Shown here in pieces: positions 35,266-38,886 of a stretch of DNA of 38,886 nucleotides (its first letter is position 1; every line of letters starts with the position of its first letter). Position numbers and translations under genes: made by a program. Origin of the DNA: a virus; the IMG/VR virus record IMGVR_UViG_3300035670_000585, positions 1-38,886 of that record. One strand, written 5' to 3'. The notes beneath the pieces were generated by a model. It saw only the letters and a program-made list of their open reading frames with translations. It did no database searches and had not been told where the DNA came from.

Positions 35266-35718
35266 TCACTTTCCAATATTTTCATACCATCCAGGAAACA
35301 ATATATTTGACAAAATCAACAAATTCGATGCCCAAATCAATTTATATATAATACTCTCTCCCATTGACCCACATCTAATATTTAAAGCTGTTGTAACCAG
35401 ATCAATCAACAGATGTGACGCAGCACCGATGCACAGGAACAACAAATATTTATGACCCTGGATTAAGTATATCGAAAAGAGTAGAATCGGTGTTCCCCAG
35501 TGTATGATTCCCCTGTGCTTGGTTAGACTGTCGATTAATGCTCCTACAAATGGAAATAATGAAGATATAGTGCTCTTTGAACTATCAAAATCAGATAATA
35601 GTGCACCGATCCCGGCATAAACTATCGCATCGGGACCGGATGTTTTCATTAGTTCTTTTGCAACCAGACCGACAAGCAATCCAGCAGCCACATGTGTTTT
35701 ACCTGTCGATTCAATCAC
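35266..35718 (-). CDS. YdjM/DUF457-like membrane-bound metal-dependent hydrolase
   Basis: Multi-TM protein with THVAAG at the N-terminus, plus KHRGIIHW and AASHLLIDL. Confidence 0.6.
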   Translation of the reverse strand: MIESTGKTHVAAGLLVGLVAKELMKTSGPDAIVYAGIGALLSDFDSSKSTISSLFPFVGALIDSLTKHRGIIHWGTPILLFSIYLIQGHKYLLFLCIGAASHLLIDLVTTALNIRCGSMGESIIYKLIWASNLLILSNILFPGWYENIGK

Positions 35719-35932
35719 CTTCTTTTATCTTTTGTATTTCATCCTTCACAATCTTTCGTATTCTCTCGTCAAGGTTTTTCATTTGGAGCTGATTATATAC
35801 AGCCACATTCACGAATGATGAAAAGTCACCCGGAGGAATTTCGTTTATCTCCTGTAAATATTCTCCCAGTATAGGTAATATTTTAAAACTTGCCCTATCA
35901 CCTAATTTGTATAACTTCCGTTCTTTTCCCAT
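35711..35932 (-). CDS. Small protein, first gene of the accessory operon (possible regulator)
   Basis: ATG 35932; the tracked ORF extends to a TTG at 35965. It ends KEGD with its stop overlapping the next start. Confidence 0.5.
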   Translation of the reverse strand: MGKERKLYKLGDRASFKILPILGEYLQEINEIPPGDFSSFVNVAVYNQLQMKNLDERIRKIVKDEIQKIKEGD

Positions 35933-35979
35933 TCCCCCAACCCCTTTAATTTTATTTTCCTCCAATCTTATAGTATTTT

Positions 35980-36042
35980 TGTGTGCAAATCTAGTATACG
36001 ACCATTATATTACTTGATTGTGTGCAAATCAAGTGTTAAAAT
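35980..36042. promoter_or_regulatory. Overlapping divergent promoters with repeated 12-mer operator
   Basis: Rightward promoter: TTGATT 36014-36019, 17-nt spacer, TAAAAT 36037-36042. Leftward promoter: TTGATT (reverse complement of 36027-36032), 17-nt spacer, TATAAT (reverse complement of 36004-36009). TGTGTGCAAATC occurs at 35980-35991 and 36019-36030. Confidence 0.65.
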
Positions 36043-36074
36043 GTATTTATTAAATATTTTTAAGGGGGTATTAT

Positions 36075-37244
36075 ATGAAATTATTAAATCGTGGTACTCT
36101 GTTTTTGTCTCTAATTGCCGGGATTGTTCTTATTATCATCAGCCTGGTGTTCACCTGGTCATTTTTCTATTCACTTTCAACCGGATTCCTTGCTTTCTGT
36201 TTTGCCATCTTTGGGGTTGTGAATGATTTTGGCAAGGTAATATTCCTCCCTGCCGTAATTGTGGCTGCAAGTCAAAATAAACGTGGTCACGCTTTCTTTT
36301 TTAGTGTTATATGGACAATATGTTTCGTGATCTCGCTGGTTGCCTCCCAATCGTTTGACCTCAACCAGAAAAATGACATCAAAAATAAGAACTTGATTGA
36401 ATCATCCAGCTATAAGCGGCAGGCTGAAATATTTGAAACAACAAAGGATTCTATTGTCAATTTAAAAAATGATATTGTCAACTTAAAAAAGAATCGTGTT
36501 GACGATGAAAAAAGGATACGCGAAAACTATGCTCCCCGGATTGAGACGGCCAGAAAATTGAATATGTTGACCATCAATCCTGAATCTGTTGCAGAGATCA
36601 GTAAACGCAGAGACAAAGAAATCAAGGATTTGGATGTAGTTATTGAAATGAAACAAAAACAACTATTAGAAAAAGAATCTGCCCTGTCATCCATCAACAA
36701 CCAATTTGCAGATGTGGGAAAAAAGGTTGAGCATACAGAGGGACTACTTTCTTTTTCACATTGGCTGGCTGGTATATTTGGAGGTAACCCAGACAACTTG
36801 ATCGGATGGTTTTACATACTCAAAAATGTTTTTAGTGAATTTTTAGCACTCGGTCTCCTGCTGTTGGGTGGTATGGAGCTGGAGCAAAAATCAACAAAAC
36901 TACTCCCAACCTCCCCAGATGACAAGCCAAGAAAAAAATCAACAGACATGGATGACCAGCCAACTGAAAAATCAACCAAGCTGGATGAGCCTAAATTTAA
37001 GCCTCAGTTAAGTTTAGTCAAGTCAAAAGAACAGGAGTTTAATCAACTTGTTAAATTGTACATAGACAATATGGAGGATCCAAATCAACCAGGCACCTGT
37101 CTTGGTTATCAGAAAATAGGTAAAAAAATTGGTGTGTCATCTTACCAAGCATCAAAAATCAAAGGGCACCTTGAAAATTTAGGTATAATTAAGGTAGTAG
37201 ATGGTCAAACAATAATCACAAACAAAAAGGCTAAACTTGCTTAA
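36075..37244 (+). CDS. Membrane protein with coiled coil and C-terminal winged-helix-like domain
   Basis: About 4 N-terminal TM segments, a coiled coil (aa ~110-230), another TM, a linker with 3 KST repeats, and a C-terminus GYQKIGKKIGVSSYQASKIKGHLENLGIIKV. Confidence 0.7.
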   Translation: MKLLNRGTLFLSLIAGIVLIIISLVFTWSFFYSLSTGFLAFCFAIFGVVNDFGKVIFLPAVIVAASQNKRGHAFFFSVIWTICFVISLVASQSFDLNQKNDIKNKNLIESSSYKRQAEIFETTKDSIVNLKNDIVNLKKNRVDDEKRIRENYAPRIETARKLNMLTINPESVAEISKRRDKEIKDLDVVIEMKQKQLLEKESALSSINNQFADVGKKVEHTEGLLSFSHWLAGIFGGNPDNLIGWFYILKNVFSEFLALGLLLLGGMELEQKSTKLLPTSPDDKPRKKSTDMDDQPTEKSTKLDEPKFKPQLSLVKSKEQEFNQLVKLYIDNMEDPNQPGTCLGYQKIGKKIGVSSYQASKIKGHLENLGIIKVVDGQTIITNKKAKLA

Positions 37245-37269
37245 ATTTAAGGATGATCAATCTTTATTT

Positions 37270-37290
37270 AACCGACCAAAAACCGACCAA
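37270..37290 (+). repeat. Two direct AACCGACCAA repeats (putative integrase arm-type sites, left)
   Basis: Copies at 37270-37279 and 37281-37290. Confidence 0.6.
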
Positions 37291-37409
37291 CTCATGAATT
37301 TTTGTGAATTTTTTGCAAGTTAGATGTAAATATTTAACATTGATGTGCCTTGAAAGTATTGATTTTATGCTGATCTTGAAAAATAAGCGGGTAGATGAAA
37401 TATAAAAAA

Positions 37410-37456
37410 ACCGGCTCATAACCGGTTGGTCCCGGGTTCGAGTCCCTGAGGGCCCA
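37410..37456 (+). other. 3' half of a tRNA(CAT) gene: putative attP core
   Basis: Anticodon arm ACCGG-CTCATAA-CCGGT, variable region TGGTC, T arm CCGGG-TTCGAGT-CCCTG (one mismatch) and acceptor 3' strand AGGGCCC-A. There is no matching 5' acceptor or D arm upstream. Confidence 0.6.
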
Positions 37457-37469
37457 CTAAAGTGAAATA

Positions 37470-37504
37470 GCGACTTCCGAGAAATTGGAGGTCGTTATTT
37501 TTTT
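37470..37504 (+). terminator. Hairpin plus T-run downstream of the tRNA fragment
   Basis: GCGACTTCC pairs with GGAGGTCGT over 9 bp (2 G-U pairs), followed by a T7 run. Confidence 0.55.
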
Positions 37505-37510
37505 GCCTAA

Positions 37511-37532
37511 AACCGACCAAATCACCGACCAA
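37511..37532 (+). repeat. Two more ACCGACCAA repeats (putative arm-type sites, right)
   Basis: AACCGACCAA at 37511-37520 and CACCGACCAA at 37523-37532, in the same orientation as the left pair. Confidence 0.6.
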
Positions 37533-37592
37533 AAACAAAAAACCGCTATTTTAGCGGCTTTGATGGTTATATAAATAATTTGAATAAAAATA

Positions 37593-37621
37593 TTGACTTG
37601 TACGCACAATAGATGTACAAT
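37593..37621 (+). promoter_or_regulatory. Near-consensus sigma-A promoter with embedded inverted repeat
   Basis: TTGACT 37593-37598, 17-nt spacer, TACAAT 37616-37621. TTGTAC and GTACAA form an inverted repeat across it. Confidence 0.65.
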
Positions 37622-37675
37622 ATATTTAGAGGTTGAGCAAACGACCTACTAAAACAAATAAAGGGGATAAAAAAC

Positions 37676-37942
37676 ATGGAAATGAAAATTTTAAACAAAA
37701 CAGTTAAATTTAATGTAGTAAAGCATCTTGAATTTACATTTTGCGATGAAATACCAGAAATCATACAAATATTAGAGGATGTTGATTTTGGAAATAAGAA
37801 ACTTATTGCAAATAAATTCTACTGGCATTATGAAGAAAGAGCAGACATTTACGGAAAACATCCAGCAGTTGGATTTGAAACGGCTGAAGAAGCTGAAAAG
37901 GCTTGCAGAAAAGAAATAGCTGACATAGTTATAAATGGATGA
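37676..37942 (+). CDS. Hypothetical protein (moron gene 1)
   Basis: 88-aa ORF following AAAGGGGA. It has its own promoter. Confidence 0.55.
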   Translation: MEMKILNKTVKFNVVKHLEFTFCDEIPEIIQILEDVDFGNKKLIANKFYWHYEERADIYGKHPAVGFETAEEAEKACRKEIADIVING

Positions 37943-37950
37943 GGTGGAAT

Positions 37951-38307
37951 ATGAAAACAGTACGTAAAGATCTACGCTTGACAGAGCAAACAAAAAACCG
38001 GCTTGAATGGCTGGCTGAACAGCTAGGTATGACGGAATCAGCAGTAATTGATTTAACAATAAATGAAAAATACTTGATGATGAAAAAGGAGACGATTACT
38101 ATGAAAATTATTGAATGTAACGATTTAATGTTTGAAGTGCCAAAGGAAGTTGACGATATTATTTATGATGGAAATGAATACCTTGTAATTATGGCAGATG
38201 GTAAATCCAAAAATTATAACATCAATGATTTAAAGCACATTTACAACATAAAACCTGTTCCTGGTGGTTATTACTCAGACAAAGCATGGTCAGATTTATA
38301 CACTTAA
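37951..38307 (+). CDS. Ribbon-helix-helix (CopG-like) N-terminal domain protein
   Basis: ATG 37951 follows GAGGTGG. KDLRLTEQTKNRLEWLAEQLGMTESAVIDLTI is RHH-like. A possible internal restart is at 38101. Confidence 0.5.
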   Translation: MKTVRKDLRLTEQTKNRLEWLAEQLGMTESAVIDLTINEKYLMMKKETITMKIIECNDLMFEVPKEVDDIIYDGNEYLVIMADGKSKNYNINDLKHIYNIKPVPGGYYSDKAWSDLYT

Positions 38308-38312
38308 AACTG

Positions 38313-38334
38313 GAGCCGAATGGCTCTTTTTTTT
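38313..38334 (+). terminator. Rho-independent terminator
   Basis: GAGCC-GAAT-GGCTC followed by a T8 run. Confidence 0.75.
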
Positions 38335-38342
38335 ATACACAA

Positions 38343-38366
38343 AAAAATAACCGCTTTTATGCGGCT
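38343..38366 (-). terminator. Terminator of int (minus strand)
   Basis: The minus strand reads GCCGC-ATAAAA-GCGGTT followed by ATTTTTTT, just after the int stop. Confidence 0.5.
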
Positions 38367-38379
38367 TTGAATGGTTTTC

Positions 38380-38886
38380 TCATTTGGCTTGTTTTTCTCT
38401 GTTTTTCAAAAGTGCGTTCTCCATTTTTATTGAAACCTCGGCTGACTTTTCTTTGACCTTGTGTCTATACTTTTGAATAATCATTTGAGTGGATGCGTGC
38501 CCAGCATCATCTGCTATTGTACCAAAATCTAAACCAGATTCAACCAAAATTGAAATATGCAAATGCCTGAGGCCATGAAAGTTTAAATGGGGGAGCTGCA
38601 GTTTTTGTTTTTGCTCTGCTGTCATCTCTGGATCAGCAAGAATCTTTTTATTGATTCGCTGAATGAATTTTGGAAACCATGACGATATTGTGTCAACGTG
38701 CATAGGCTTACCGCTCCACTGGATGAAAAGGTTATCTGTATTGTGCCATTTTTGACCACAAGCGACCCGGATCCCGTTCCACCATAATTTATATTCTCTT
38801 AAAAGGGCGATCATGTCGTCAGGGACTATTGATGTACGTTCAGCACCATTTGTTTTTAATTCGCCCTCAAATGTGCCTTTTCGCTT
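38380..38886 (-). CDS. int: Tyrosine integrase, C-terminal catalytic part
   Basis: Contains HGLRHLHIS (HxxR) and GHASTQMIIQKYRH (His plus catalytic Tyr). It continues upstream into 1-883, giving a joined length of 1263 nt (420 aa). Confidence 0.9.
   Translation of the reverse strand, partial: KRKGTFEGELKTNGAERTSIVPDDMIALLREYKLWWNGIRVACGQKWHNTDNLFIQWSGKPMHVDTISSWFPKFIQRINKKILADPEMTAEQKQKLQLPHLNFHGLRHLHISILVESGLDFGTIADDAGHASTQMIIQKYRHKVKEKSAEVSIKMENALLKNREKQAK
38760..38886. repeat. Terminal direct repeat, copy 2 (circular-assembly overlap)
   Basis: Exact copy of 1-127. Confidence 0.95.

Overview
The window holds one complete, circularly closed copy of a temperate siphovirus-like dsDNA phage or excised prophage. 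Unit length is 38,759 bp, because bases 1-127 recur exactly at 38760-38886. Strong GGAGG-type ribosome-binding sites, a BhlA-type holin, an ArpU-like late regulator and an Amidase_3 endolysin point to a low-GC Gram-positive host.

Gene order:
- Tyrosine integrase (minus strand, split by the window junction).
- CI-like repressor (minus), then a Cro-like protein and an excisionase-like protein.
- Recombination and replication module: YqaJ exonuclease, HD hydrolase, DUF1351, RecT, and a replisome organizer with internal iterons.
- An interrupted C5 DNA methyltransferase, small early genes, a VRR-NUC nuclease and an ArpU-like regulator.
- A structured 340-bp leader, a ParB-DNA methylase fusion, and the small and large terminase subunits.
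- Portal-MuF fusion, HK97-type protease and major capsid protein.
- An unexpected five-gene glycosyltransferase / methyltransferase / B12-radical-SAM cassette.
- Head-tail connectors, major tail protein, G/GT chaperones with a canonical GGGAAAG -1 frameshift, tape measure and a tail tip with a double LamG protein.
- Holin and amidase.

Beyond the lysis genes lies an accessory region:
- A minus-strand operon carries eight very small Cys-rich or coiled-coil ORFs joined by a conserved junction sequence.
- A divergent gene encodes a membrane / coiled-coil / wHTH protein.
- A putative attP combines a tRNA(CAT) 3' half with four ACCGACCAA arm repeats.
- A two-gene moron sits next to int.

The two strongest candidates for something undescribed are the enzyme cassette inside the head operon (18816-23744), which has a rSAM-glycosyltransferase fusion and two related RNA-like hairpin elements, and the junction-linked small-ORF array (33337-35261). 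All product calls come from motif recognition by eye. No database search was possible.
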